The notes under the pieces: generated by a model | What the model was told of the DNA's origin: nothing | Databases searched by the model: none | The model's input: only the letters and a program-made list of their open reading frames with translations | Part shown: one piece after another, positions 11,103 through 23,500 of the stretch | Numbering within the stretch: position 1 is the first letter of the stretch | How the letters are laid out: each line of letters begins with the position of its first letter | Program-made: the position numbers and the translations under genes | Source: Ancylonema sp. | Taxonomy: Eukaryota | NCBI GenBank assembly: GCA_050230475.1 | Contig: JBFLGF010000076.1 | Span: forward strand, 1 to 64,000 | Direction: 5' to 3' | DNA length: 64,000 nt

Positions 11103-12743
11103 TTAAAATTTACGACACTGTTCGATGGTGTGTCCTCCCGCGCCACAGTGTTGGCAGCGAGCACCTTTAGTGTATTCAGTGAGTCCGTACTGTCGTTGAT
11201 TCATTTGGTTCGGAGTTTTGGGTTGACCATAGGAATTTCCTTTGAATTGTCCTTGAGTTTGTCGTTGTCCGCCAATTTGTAAGTGCGGTGGTCGGTAAGG
11301 TGTTGACTGAGGTTGACCCGTCGATGTTTTCGATGTTTGGGTGCAGTCCTTTTTGTACTGACCCGGTTGGTTACATCCGTAACACACAATGCCGGATTTG
11401 TCGATGTCTTTTCCCGTTGTACGATCAACTTGTCGTGGTGTGTAAGTTGATGTCGATTCGGTGGAAAGTTTGTGGACGGTGTAAAAGATGGAGAGGGATT
11501 TTGTCGATTTTGATACCGAGGAGTTTGCGCTCGATCCGCCCGCGGCGCGAATATCCGCCTCTTGTTTCGCAAGGTATAGTTCGCTTTGGTTCGCCTCCTC
11601 CATTATTTCTTTCCTTGTAAGTGAATTCCTTCTTGGTGCAGAGAAAAATATTTATTTGTTCTCTTTAAAATAACAATCGTTGACATGCGATTGTAGATTC
11701 ACCGGAATTAATTGAAAGAAGCGGAGCGCCAATTGTTCGGGCGTCATGGCTCTCGCTTTTTTACGACGGTGGCTGCATCATTGTACCGAGGGTAAATCGA
11801 TGCCACGGTGTCTATTGGTGTAATTGTTACATTATCCAATTTGTTGAGGTATTCCGCCGAAGATGTACGGAATCTTTCCTTGATGCGTTGAATGAATTCC
11901 ACAAGTTCATGTGGTTCATCGAACGTCGGTTTCACCGGGGGCGTTAGCTTCTCATGCCGTCCTTGCATGCGATGGTAAAACGTGTCCGCGTAATAATCTC
12001 TCCATGAGTCCAGAATGTCGGACGTTTGAGATTCACCTGTGTTTTCTTCCATAAATTGTTGCCATTCACGTTGTGCTTCACCCTTGCAATAAGCGCCGAG
12101 ACTTTGAACGAGGTCCACGAGCTCCATGGTAGGGTGTAATAGGGGGGAAGCTCGCCATACCGTCACCACACCCTACAATACGATTGCGAGGGTTAGGTAC
12201 GGAAGTGCCAGCCGGCGGATCGGGACTTGCCGGTGGTGGTGAGTCGTGCGGAGTTTGTTTGTAAGGATTCGGTGATAAATTTGGTGACCCTGGAGGTGAC
12301 GCTCTAGGTGACGATCCCCAAGATGATAACGGAGGTGGAGGTGGTGTGGCTACTCGTGATGGTGAGCCAACTACTCGTGGTGATCGCGGTGGTGATACGG
12401 AACGGCTTCGTGGAGATGTTATCCGTGTGCACGGCGCACTATGTCTCCGTGGTAGTTCCACTACCGGTGGTAAGTTTTCACTTTGATTGTTGACTGGTGG
12501 AGGTAGCTCCAAGTCTATAGGTCGAAAGTCTGCTACTTCCGGTGAAATGTTTCAAAAAATATATAAGTTGATATCTGCGACGTCCGAGTTGATGTTGCTG
12601 AAACTGTCGGAGTCACTATCGCCAAAGATGTCCTTAGGTAATATAAAATCTTGTGTAGGAAGTCGGTCTGACGTTCCTACTGCTCCTTGGCTCTCCAGAT
12701 TCGCCGCTTTTTCGAGTCGACCTTCTATTCTATACGAGGGCAT
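11103..12743 (-). pseudogene. Gag-like region of the polyprotein (Pro/Ser-rich N-terminus, capsid-like core, two CCHC knuckles)
   Basis: ORFs 12552-12743 and 12078-12512 are in one frame, separated by a stop. Frameshifts near 12150 and 11755 link to 11744-12169 and 11103-11603. Knuckles CYGCNQPGQYKKDC and CQHCGAGGHTIEQC. The TAA at 11103-11105 is in frame with the next ORF (9891-11072). Confidence 0.8.
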
Positions 12744-15319
12744 ATACTTGGGGAGCGATCAGCACTGCCACCAAGTTGGCTATAGCGAGGTAGTGAAGAT
12801 TAGCAGGGTCAAATGAACGTTGTAGAACCGTGGTACGCTGCTGAAGTTGATAGCTTGTATGCAGAATTTGTTTTGAAGCGCAGCTTCACTATATGTGTCG
12901 ATGATTTTGAGTCGATCGCGGTGTCTTGTACTTCCCCTCCTAATTTGATGTAGACAGGTTCCAATAGTTTGTATCAAGGAGTTTGTAATGTAAATTGTTC
13001 GTAGCAAGAATCGACGAGTCCGATACAGAAGTTGTACTCCTCCACTCGTTGATGTCGCGCTCCTTGTAAATGTTTTTGAATTAACAATTTCAGTTAAACT
13101 GCAAAAATGCTTATTCAAAACACCAAGTGCAATGTTTCAACTCAAGTGTAAATTAGATGAGTTGATTTTGCAAGCAAAAATCTTGTGTAGAAGCGTGTAA
13201 GACACCTGTGAACAAGGGGTGGGGTAACAAGCCCACGCGTTCGATACGTAGTAAGTAAGGGTTCTGGCACCACGTGGTACCCCCAGATAGGCGTGGTAAG
13301 TCTCTGAGCCGTGGGGCTATCTCAGAGGGGGGAAGAGATGACATCTCAGGTGTAACCTTTATAGGAAGATCAAGTGGGCACTAGGTCCACACAGGGGATA
13401 GAGACGAAGCTCACTGTAAGCGAACCATTGGTAACTATATAAAAAATCTCTGACAGGGAGTAGTCAATGCAGTCGAGAAATGTATTTTGCAAGAGCGCTT
13501 TCCAAATTACAAAGATTGGTGTAAGGCAGCTTCCAAGTGAACGGGTCACTTGAGGGGGGTGTGATAAATCACGGGGTAAAGTTAACAGCCTCTCAAACGT
13601 TAAGAGATTGGTGAGAGTGCAACCCGAAGGTGGTACACAAGGTAAGATTTATACCGGATAGAAGCGTCTGAAACCGGCCTCACTGCTGCAATAACACTCC
13701 GTGGAGTGGTCAGACAAGTTAACAAGGTTTGACCCTCCTTGGTTTGCAAGTTACGGACTTTGTATACCGCCTGCGCAATCCCAAGGAGCTCGCAAGTCTC
13801 AATGTTACTACTCTAAGGCACAGCTTTTCCTTCGGACTGTCGAACTTGCTGATCCGATGAGACAAGTTTTTGATATGGTATGTAATAGTTGCTTGACCGC
13901 TGAATGGTCGTGCCGTGTAAAATATGTTGTTTGACCATTTAAAGGATCGTGCCGTGTAAGATATTGGGTGTCGCTGTGGACGTGACAACGGTAAAAGTGA
14001 CTTGCCAGTTGCCAGATGCCAAAAATCGATAGAGGCTCTCTAAGATGCCAGATAAGAGCGACACACAACTTTTTAAAAAAACAAACTAAATTTTGTACCT
14101 GGCAATTTGACAAGTTTGCAAATTTCAGTGAGTTCCCAAAATTCACAGAAATTTGAAAGATGACAAGTAGATCGAAGCAAGATTCACAGAAAATGCTCAC
14201 GAACAATTTCTACCTCTGTTGTTGATACACACAAGATTGATGGCTGGATTTTTTTTTCTTGAGAAATTGAAGCTACTTACCCTGAAATTGACGTCGGCGC
14301 AGAATTTCCAGTCGCCTTGTAAGAGTAGAATATTCGGAAAGTTGATGGCTTGAGGCCCTTTCGCTGAATCTAAGGAGTTGGTGCACGCTTGACTCGCGGC
14401 GGTGATCGTAAACGATCACTTGAACGACAACACGAACGTCGCCTTGGCTCGGCAACTCTCTCACTGCGGGAAAGTTGACAACGCGATAGCTCTATAGAGG
14501 ATTCGGGTATAGAGTATGCGTACAATAGCAGAGTAAGAATAGCGATAGCTCTCGGTCAACGAGGAGCTATTTGTGTGCAAGTCTCCACTGTAATCAGTTG
14601 CAAAGAAACAGTGAGTCTGCACACCGACTTGCGTCGTTGTAAATGTGTGAGTCACGAAGTTGCGTAGCAGGTAACGATAGTAAAGTGCTGAGAGCGACAG
14701 CTCGATCAGGCAAACAATAATATTGGCAAGCAAGACTGCGAAAGTACAGATTGCAAGCAAAACACGAGGATACACGAGATACAAAAGACACGAGAGGCAA
14801 GATCGGAAATGAAAGTCTCTTAAGCGTTAGATTCAGCGAAAGCTGAATTATGAGTTCGAGTCCAAAGGTTTTATTCAAACTTCTACAGACGACGCTAGAC
14901 GCGTGTCGATCTACAAGTCAATCTCAAAAATATGCCTCGCGTGTAAATTTCTTTTCTACAATCTCTATCGTCGGATATTTATCGATGGCTAACATTTATC
15001 ACAAGTTGATTGCTGACTAGTACAAAGTGCCACGTCGGATTGACGGATAATAGATGCTAAGCAAATCTAATTCAAATATTGAGCGGGGGCGCAGGCTGAC
15101 AACTCGAGCTCGGGAGCGGGGCCGGCGAGCGGGGCGGAAGTTGTAGTGCGGCATAACTCTTGATTTGGCGCGGCGCAGACGTGATTTATTCAAGGGAGAG
15201 ATTTGGTAGATAGTAGGAGTAAAACATCTAACGATCTCATTCGTCGTGACATTGCAGTGTATAGCGAGGATTCCTCTCGTCATTTACTTCGGATTGATTG
15301 ATGAAATCCGTCATCAATA

Positions 15320-15863
15320 CCGTAGTGGTCAAAGATCATGACCCAGGTAAAAACAAAATGAATTAGTTTATTCAAGACCCAAAAGTTGACCCGGGCAAAT
15401 CAAGAATTAATTTACAGTGACCCATTAACTTGACCCGGGCAATTGGGACTTAATATGTTGTGAGTCACAACATATTAAGTTCCAATTGCCCGGGTGGGTC
15501 ACAACTTGTGACCCACCCAATAATAATGAAGTATTCTTCCGGTCATCATTATTCATGACCAATACCGTAAGTTACGCATGCCGTATCGCACAGTGCGGTC
15601 CGAACCAATCTTATCTACCATACGAATACAATTGTACGATATGGTCGTTTGGAATTAATCCGTTCGATCTAGTCAATCCGGTCGCTGCTAGACCACAAAG
15701 GGAAAACAAAAACGTAGGAAACTCCCAAAACCGCATTTATGATCATAAGCCAATTTGTGAAAATACTAGTTTAATGCATGGCCCAGTGGGCAATAATTTA
15801 AATTAAACAAATGACCCGACCCACCCCTTCAGAAATTATTTGCATTATGTATGACCACTACGG
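15320..15863. mobile_element. Non-autonomous TIR element containing a 63-bp near-perfect palindrome
   Basis: 12-bp TIR CCGTAGTGGTCA / TGACCACTACGG. Palindrome 15433-15495 centred on TGAGTCA. Multiple TGACCC subterminal motifs. Confidence 0.7.
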
Positions 15864-16009
15864 GTAATATTCATTTGCACGTGGAGGGTAGAATCATCAA
15901 CTAGAATCATTGATGTAGAGAAATCATTTTTTTTTTTTTTTTTAAACATTTGTAGGTTTTCCACCAAAAAAAAAAAATATATATCGATATTAACTACCGG
16001 TTTCCCCTT

Positions 16010-16041
<32 letters not shown>

Positions 16042-16489
16042 CATCACTGTTTTATTGATTGAATTTTTCGTTAAGAAAAAAAAAAGAATGTTTTATGGTG
16101 CCTAACAACTACCTTACACGGTATGGTTTGTATCATTATCGTCAACACGCAATACGTGGATTCACACGTTTTTTCTCCCTGGACGTGCTTAAACTATTTC
16201 ATATGGTCATGTTGCGAGGCCTCGTACCGGTTAAGCGCGTGTTCCGCATTGTTATACCGAGGTAAATATGTTTATGTGTGAGTTAGCCTCTGTAAAGAGT
16301 GGGTAAGAGTGGGTACTTCTATGACGTTAAATTGAGAAGACCACGCAGCTTCCGAGGCTCTTTCGTGCAGGTGCAATGATATTTGTACACTCAGAATTTT
16401 GGTTTACCCCAAGTCCCAAGTCGATAACACTAGGATCTAGCGAACGGGGTGCCGCGGGATTTTTACGCTTGCAGCCCGTTGGGTGAGAC

Positions 16490-17896
16490 CTGGGTTAAAT
16501 AATACGCAATACGCTATCAATACGCTAGGGTCACAATGCGCCGTATTTCGCGTATTGAAAATTTTCGCGATTTGAAGATACACGTGTTGTCAATAAGTAT
16601 GCGTTTTTTCACGATTTTATACCCCACACATATCCGGAAGTAGGATCCCTAACCTCAGGTGCCTAACCTGAATGAATTTGGCCATCAAATACGGAGGCAT
16701 TTATATATGAATTACATGATAGGCGAATGTTTCACCAATACATGTGCAATTGTTTTATTTATTTTGATCGTGCGAGAGTGGGGCGTTCATTAATAGACCC
16801 ACTCTTCTCATCTTCTCTCTTCTCTAAATTTGATTGAATTTGCACAAGTTTTATCAATCTTAACTCCTATTTCATTTTTACCGGTTCCAAAAATAAATCG
16901 ACCGGGGCTTCCGTATTTACTCGAGTAAGGTAATAAAAAAAGTGGAATGTTATAATATAATAAAGAATGCAATATTTAAATCCAAGAGACAATGATTCAC
17001 AATAACAATTCAATGAGCCTTATATTTACTTCGACTCATAGTTTTATTGATCCTACTCCTAATTTGAACTTGGACGGTCGGAAGAGGATTACTAGCGAGA
17101 GTGAAAATGGTTTTTGCCGTGCGATGTAACATCGAATAAATCTCACTTTCGCTATTTCACTTTCAAACGACGTGGACCTCGCTAAAGTAAACCCTTGATA
17201 TAGTGAAACTCGATATAGTGACAATCACGATATAGTGACATTTTTATAATCCTATATAAAAACCCACTCGATATAATGACAATCGCTATAGTGACACACG
17301 TTATAGTGACCAAATTTTCCCAGGTTTTACTATTGAGATGTCACTATAGAGTGAAACTTGTCTATAATAACGTTGTGAAAATTAGTAACCTCCCAAATCT
17401 AATAGAAAACAATTAATTATAAATTAATAACCTCTCTGAATTAATATTGTATACATGTCCTGGTATTATTACTTTGAAGAGGTTTTATTGCAGCGAGTGG
17501 ATATTAGAACATACGCCATAAATATGACATACCTTCTTCAATAAAAACCTCTCCGTATCCGATTTGGTTTCTCAAAATAACCCAAAATTCACTTTCCTTC
17601 GATATAGTGACATTGGCTCAATGTAGCCCTATTTAATGTCACTATATAGTGTATAGTGACACCTCTCGCATTCGATATAGTGACATTATTATCCACTGTC
17701 TATAATTTAGTCACTACATCAAGGGTTTACTGTATGTTGTTTGCCTCCGAAAAATCAGCCATACGTGCAGTTTCATACCGGAATTTAATACAAGTTCAAA
17801 ATTTTGCGTATTTTTAAGCGTACTAATACGGTGGGAGCACAATACGCGTATTAAGCGTATGATAACACAGCGTATTGTGCGTATTGTGCAACCCAG
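16490..17896. mobile_element. hAT-like non-autonomous element (hosts a pogo-like MITE)
   Basis: Inverted ends ctgggtt..aatacgcaatacgc / gcgtattgtgcgtattgtgcaacccag. Flanking 8-mers ggtgagac / gttgaaac match 6/8, consistent with an aged 8-bp TSD. Confidence 0.65.
17185..17732. mobile_element. pogo/Tc1-mariner-like MITE
   Basis: TA-flanked TIRs (a)agtaaacccttgatatagtga / tcactacatcaagggtttactg. Colinear with 36699-38704 once the nested inserts there are removed. Confidence 0.9.
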
Positions 17897-18846
17897 GTTG
17901 AAACTTTTGATCCATTTTTATATTTGCGTGTTCGTTGGTGCTCTTCCGCTTAGCGTCAAATATGGGTGGACGTATTGTACTCACCTTTCTCACACAATTC
18001 CCAAAATCCCCACTTCCGTTTCACGCCATTTTTAAACCCCAATATACGTCATTTCGCTTTTCTGTACCATATTTTAAATCTCGTTTTGAGTAATCGCCCG
18101 GTAGTTTCCCTAGATGGAAGCGTAAGAAACCATGTTATCATTTCATTTTAATTTTACGTTTTAAAAAAAAAAACAAAAAAAAAACATGAGGATTCTTATA
18201 TAGATAAACACCTCTGTATTTTTATTTTATATAGATAAATATTTTGCATTCATCAGAAAATTGACACCCTACTTCTCATAATTTAATGTTAGGATTACTT
18301 TACGTTGATAACGTGAGTACAAATTTCGCTCGGAGAGTTCTTGAAGTGCTCCAATAAAGGCCTTTCACTTTCACATTGAATACAACATGTTCAAAGTTGT
18401 TGAGATTGTAAATGCAATTTTAGCTTTTCATTAGTTAATTTTAGGGGATGAATTTGAATCTCTTTTGGGTTAGTAACATTCATTTAGTACGGGCTATTTT
18501 CACGTACGGAAATTTTAGCGGGGAGCATAATATCGATAGGAAGTACTTTCATTGGCCCGCTAACGAGATCTAGTCACTTTAGAGAGATCGGTGGGGACCA
18601 CACTCGGGATGACTAGATGGGACGATAAGTTGACTAGGACTAGCGGCGCCGCAACCTTATCCGGTGCGCTAGAATATTCTAGGAGCTTTGTACTCACAAG
18701 GGATATAGCCTACGCGGCGACAATCTCTAAATCAATAACTCTAAACATATTTACATCCTTGCATAAACCTGCACTCGTGTTGAATGTTTCTTGTAGTTCC
18801 CCTATGCTTCCCTAGCATCGATAGCTCGGGATCATAGAGTGTAAGT

Positions 18847-18965
18847 CCTGCCCACAAAGAGGCAGAAGCGCGATGCCTGTTCACAGAGAGACAGAAGTAG
18901 AGTTCCTGCCCACAGAGAGGCAGAAGTGCGAGAGAGAGATTCCTGTCCACAGAGAGACAGTAGTG
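18847..18965. repeat. Four ~30-bp tandem units (cctg..cacaRagagRcagaag) in a CTAG-rich, TE-like tract
   Basis: Units start near 18847, 18876, 18905 and 18942, with alternating variants. Confidence 0.75.
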
Positions 18966-19403
18966 CGGGAGATAAAAAGCAAAGTTCAACAAAAGCTTTG
19001 ACGGTTTGACTGTTGTGTCCGTACTTTGTATACCAAACAAGTTCGCGAGGTCTCCCTACTAGATGTGCTTGTACAAAATGTATAAATTGTACGTTGAAAG
19101 AAACATTTTTGCCAGCATAATTTTGAATTCTTATATTGGAGTTAGGGTGAAAGATTTGTTTTGGCCTTGGACTCTGGCGTACTTTATAGTGCACATTCAT
19201 TAGCGAAGTATTTCTCTAATCGCTTTGTGGATTATATTTGACTGATAGTTATTGATAACTGTCGACAAATTGACATACGAAAACATCTTTGGCCAACCAA
19301 GCTTTCATTCAGCTAGCCGGGTATTCGTTCAACCATCCAAGATACCTCAACCGGTGCATGACCATGCATCAGTCTCTTCACATCAACGTTTCTCACAAAC
19401 ATA

Positions 19404-20125
19404 TGACGTGCTGGATTGGATCGATAGCGTACATGGGCATCAATGATGAAGTTAAGCGATGCAAAGACTTCAATCTTTTAGATGATCGATATGAGGTGAT
19501 GAATGTCGGTATGGTAGTAGTTGTAAAATGGGGCTTATCGGCGGTGATTGAGGAGTTTCGGTCGCTTAAATCGCGGCCCTAATTGTAAGCGATCCCGGTA
19601 CGACGGCTAGAATGGTAAATTAACTCGCTTCTCTCTCATTGCGGGCAAGCAAACAATGTTGGCGCCGCGCTGGGGATTTTAGCAACACATGAAGCAGTAC
19701 AATATCACAGTAAGTACGGGGATAGCTATCGATCGGAGATCAATTATTCATGTGTGGGTGTCCAATGCTTGTAATCCGTAGCAAAGGGACTTCGAATCTG
19801 TACGGATGAGCGAGAACTCATACTTGCGTGTGTCATACGTGAAGGCACATATTTGCAAAAGCAACAAGCAATTACTGTCACGGAGAAGGACACCTCGATT
19901 GTGCAATAGTAACTATCGACAAATGCAAGAGTGTTGATGCACCCAATACCAAAACACCCTTACTACACAGAATGGCAAAAAAGAAAAAAAACGAAAGGTT
20001 AAGAACGCAAGTCTAAACCGATGTGTGGGATTGAGCGGAAGTTGAATTATGAGTTCAGTCACCATATCTTATCAAAACTCTTGAGACGATGCTAGTTGCG
20101 TGTTGACGTACAAATCAAATTTGAA
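19404..20125 (-). repeat. Diverged solo copy of the B+A terminal repeat of the 7897-15251 element family
   Basis: tgacgtgctggattggatcgatagcgtac resembles the B start. ctctctcattgcgggcaagcaaacaatg and gagacgatgctagttgcgtgttgacgtaca resemble A-repeat blocks, in the same order. Confidence 0.75.
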
Positions 20126-20566
20126 AGCTATCGAGTGATAGGATGAGAAAATAAAGCGTAGAGAACCTCAAGACCGCCAATGTACCGGCAAAAGACGGTT
20201 GCTCAATTAGCAAGAGTGTGTTGTTGTTGCCCCACACTTTGCATATTGTAAATTGCACAATGTGAAAAATGACAAACGAAATCACATTCATTTGATTCGA
20301 CAACATTGAACTTGCCAAACACAATCGTAGTTCATGATTACAATTTTGAGGCATACACACCACAATCATCGTATTTCATTTTGTATGAATGTTGGAGTTT
20401 GGCACTTTCTCTCCTCACACCACACAAACACATTAGTGAAGAAGGCCGCCCACTACCCAAAATAGACACAAATCAAGAGTGCCCTTCCAATGCCTAGGAC
20501 AAAAAAGGGACCCTAAAAGACGAAACACTCTCTACAATGGACACCTCGTGGACTACATCAGGGCGT

Positions 20567-23500
20567 CTACATACCCCCTCCACCTACTTTTGACATGAGT
20601 TTTGTGAGGATCGGGCCAAGTTTGGGATCCGACGTGTATTTCCCAATCTTGCTCGGGTCACTCATCACTGCGCAAAATTCAATAAAAAATTAGAAAATAC
20701 AAAAAAAATGTAAAAAATATATGCAATATGAAGTACAAAATTCAAGTACTCAAGAAATTAGTGTTGGGAGGGACGGGGAGACAAATGGGGGGCACGTGTC
20801 ACAAGCTCACACTTACACCGCAACGTGCAACAATTTCACTTCTATATATCATAAGAAACCCTTGCACACTCACAAGACCTTGTTTGCATCGTTGGGTGTT
20901 TGAGATCTGGTATTGGAGATACTAGTATAAAATATTCCAAATCCAAGACACCCAATACCAGCTTTTACGAGAAAGGCATCTTTTGTTCGCGGTAAGGCTA
21001 CGATTTTTTTTTTTTGGGTAAAAAATGTTTATAAGGACCTACGCGAAATAATCCTGTTTTCTTTTTTTTTAGGGGAGAGAGGGTTTGGGGGGTGGGAATT
21101 TTGTAGCACGTCATCTGAGAAAGGTACAAGTACATCCCAGATTTCTTCCAGCCAAATCCCCTTAACTAGAGGAAAACCAACCTCCCTCCCTCCCTCCCCT
21201 CCCTCACCTTCTTGTAGTGCTGCCATCACCTCCGGGTCTTGGAAGGCAGCCATCATCTCCGGATCCTGCATACCCAAAATAAAGATAAATAAATAAATAA
21301 TAGATAAATTTTAAATTTTAAATTCCACGCAAACAAACAATGAGGACACTCAGAGGCTTGGGCCCAATGTGCAATCTGCCAATACCCCATTTTTCCCGCG
21401 TTTGGTCTCCTCCAAGTGAAACCAGGGGCCGCATACGAATGCACACACACATACATACGGCCGCATACGTACAGCCACGGGTCTGTATGCATTTGTACAT
21501 AACATACATACGCATATGTGCATAACATAACTATGCATATGAACATATGTACATACTTATATGTACATTAACATACATACGTAAATAAATGTGTCTGGTA
21601 CAACCAGGGAGGGAGGACCTCAAATTTTGTACACGCAGTGTGCCATTTCATACATCATAGCTTCGCAATTGAATCATGCTATTTCCCACTCCCTCCCCCT
21701 AGGATTTACGTTTCACAATTCCACGGTTTCACAGTTCACAGTTCACGGTTATCGGATACAGAGGCGAGTCGACTCACACTAAAAATGTTGCTCATGTCCG
21801 GACCTCCTCCCATTCCAGGCATCCCCCCCATGCCACCTGGCATACCCCCCATGCCACCTGGCATGCCACCTGGCATGCCACCCATGCCGCCTGGCATGCC
21901 CCCCATGCCCCCCATGCCAGCTGGCATGCCTCCAGGGAAGCCCCGTGGCTTGGCCTTCTCCGACGCCCTGTTGGCGGCATCGTAGGCAGCCTGAAGGTGT
22001 ACCCAACCCCCGACCCCCAGCACCCAACCCCCCCCAATGTGAAATGGGAGCATGGAAGCGTACGTACCCACCCCTCTGCCCTTTGGGGTGTTCTGGAACA
22101 CCATTCCCTAGGCCAACTGCCCCCCCCCCCTCATTCATTTCTGCCCCCCCCCCACCTGTGCGGCCGCCTTCCGTTTCACTCGATCCTTCTCCGCCTTCGC
22201 GTCCGCCTTCTCCTTGCGCAGCCGATCATACTTGCGACGATGCTCCTCCAGCTTCTTCGCGTTCGGTTCCACCTGGTACGTACCACACACACACCCCAGG
22301 AGAAATAAACAGCACTTCAGTTCGTGTGCCCGGCCAGGGTCCTCCCAAACATGCACTTAGGGTACACAGTGGGAGGGGGGGAATAACCCCTCTGAATGCA
22401 TACTTTCTTGAGAGGTGGAGAACTGCAGTGAGTTGAAGGGGTGACGAGGTCATGACATTTTCCATACACACATACAGATAGTAGATACACCAAAACCAAG
22501 ACCTCGTTTCTCCGGGCTCACGGATATTTTAAGAACTCAAAACAGGAGCCGCACTGTACACCCCCCACCCCCTGCGACCCCCCCAGTCCCCGCCTCTTAC
22601 CGCCCCCCCCCCCCCCCCCGTACCTTCTTCAGAAACGCTGCTGTTTCCTCGTCATAGTCCAGCCTGGCCGCCAGCCTGAGGTCTGCGGCAGACTCCTCCC
22701 ACTGCCCCAGCAGCGCCTTGGCTTCGCCGCGGGATTTGTAGGCGCGGGCGGAGTCGGGGTTGATCTGGAAATAGGTACAGGGTACAGGGTACAGGGTACA
22801 GGGTACAGGGTTCAGGGTACAGGGTGCGTAGTCAAGCCTCTGTATATGCCCGGTGTTGTTTGGGGATGGTTTGGGTGCCTCGTTGGAGGGGTGAGTATGC
22901 ACAGAGAAGAGACGGGGGAGAAAGGACATATTCCCGTTTTCCAGAGGTAGGTGTCTGTTGTGTCTGTTTCGAGGGTGCCCTTATACAGAATGTGCCTAAG
23001 TAGAGGTGTGTCTTCTGTACCTTTAGCGCAGCATCACAGTCTCGAATCGCGGCGTTGGGCTTCTTCAACTTCACATAGATGCCAGCTGGCACAGAGGGAA
23101 CGAGGGTTCCGATATCAGTGAAATCCACCTTTCTTGTCCTCCGTTTTCGTTCGAAACTGATGAACAACAACTAGGAGCCATGTAGAGGGAGACATGGGAG
23201 AGGAAAGATGACTTTGATAATATAGTATATATACACACACGTGTGTGTATATATATACACATTTATATACACAGAACAATGACGACTATTTTGATAAACA
23301 TTTCAGTTGTAATAACCATATTAAAAGAACAATTTCACTGACAAGAGGCCTTGAAAAGACCCAAAACTCAAAGAAAATAAAACGAAAACGAGAAAAGATA
23401 TACTACGGAGTGGAAACAAAGATAGTGTTGCGATCCGTCCATCGTATCCCCATTTTCCCCACTCACCTCGGTTTCCGTAGTGCAGTGCGGAACACGGATT

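Larger units (their letters stand above)
7897..15251 (-). mobile_element. Non-autonomous retroelement with split direct repeats (A1-gag-DNMT-like-B1-A2-B2)
   Basis: B repeats 7897-8038 and 8959-9100 (142 bp, 13 mismatches by hand count). A repeats ~8480-8958 and ~14790-15251 are highly similar, with weaker homology extending to 8045 and 14370. Boundaries are fixed by the interrupted MITE TIR. No 4-6 bp TSD outside the TG..CA ends. Internal decayed polyprotein. Confidence 0.8.

Noticed and set aside
18847..18965. CRISPR-like repeat-spacer pattern
   Set aside because: Spacers are only ~6-14 bp, repeats are variable, the context is eukaryotic and there are no cas genes.
21029..21120. Alternative last exon for HIP suggested by the ORF track
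   Set aside because: The exon at 20667-20567 supplies the expected second DP repeat and the correct phase.
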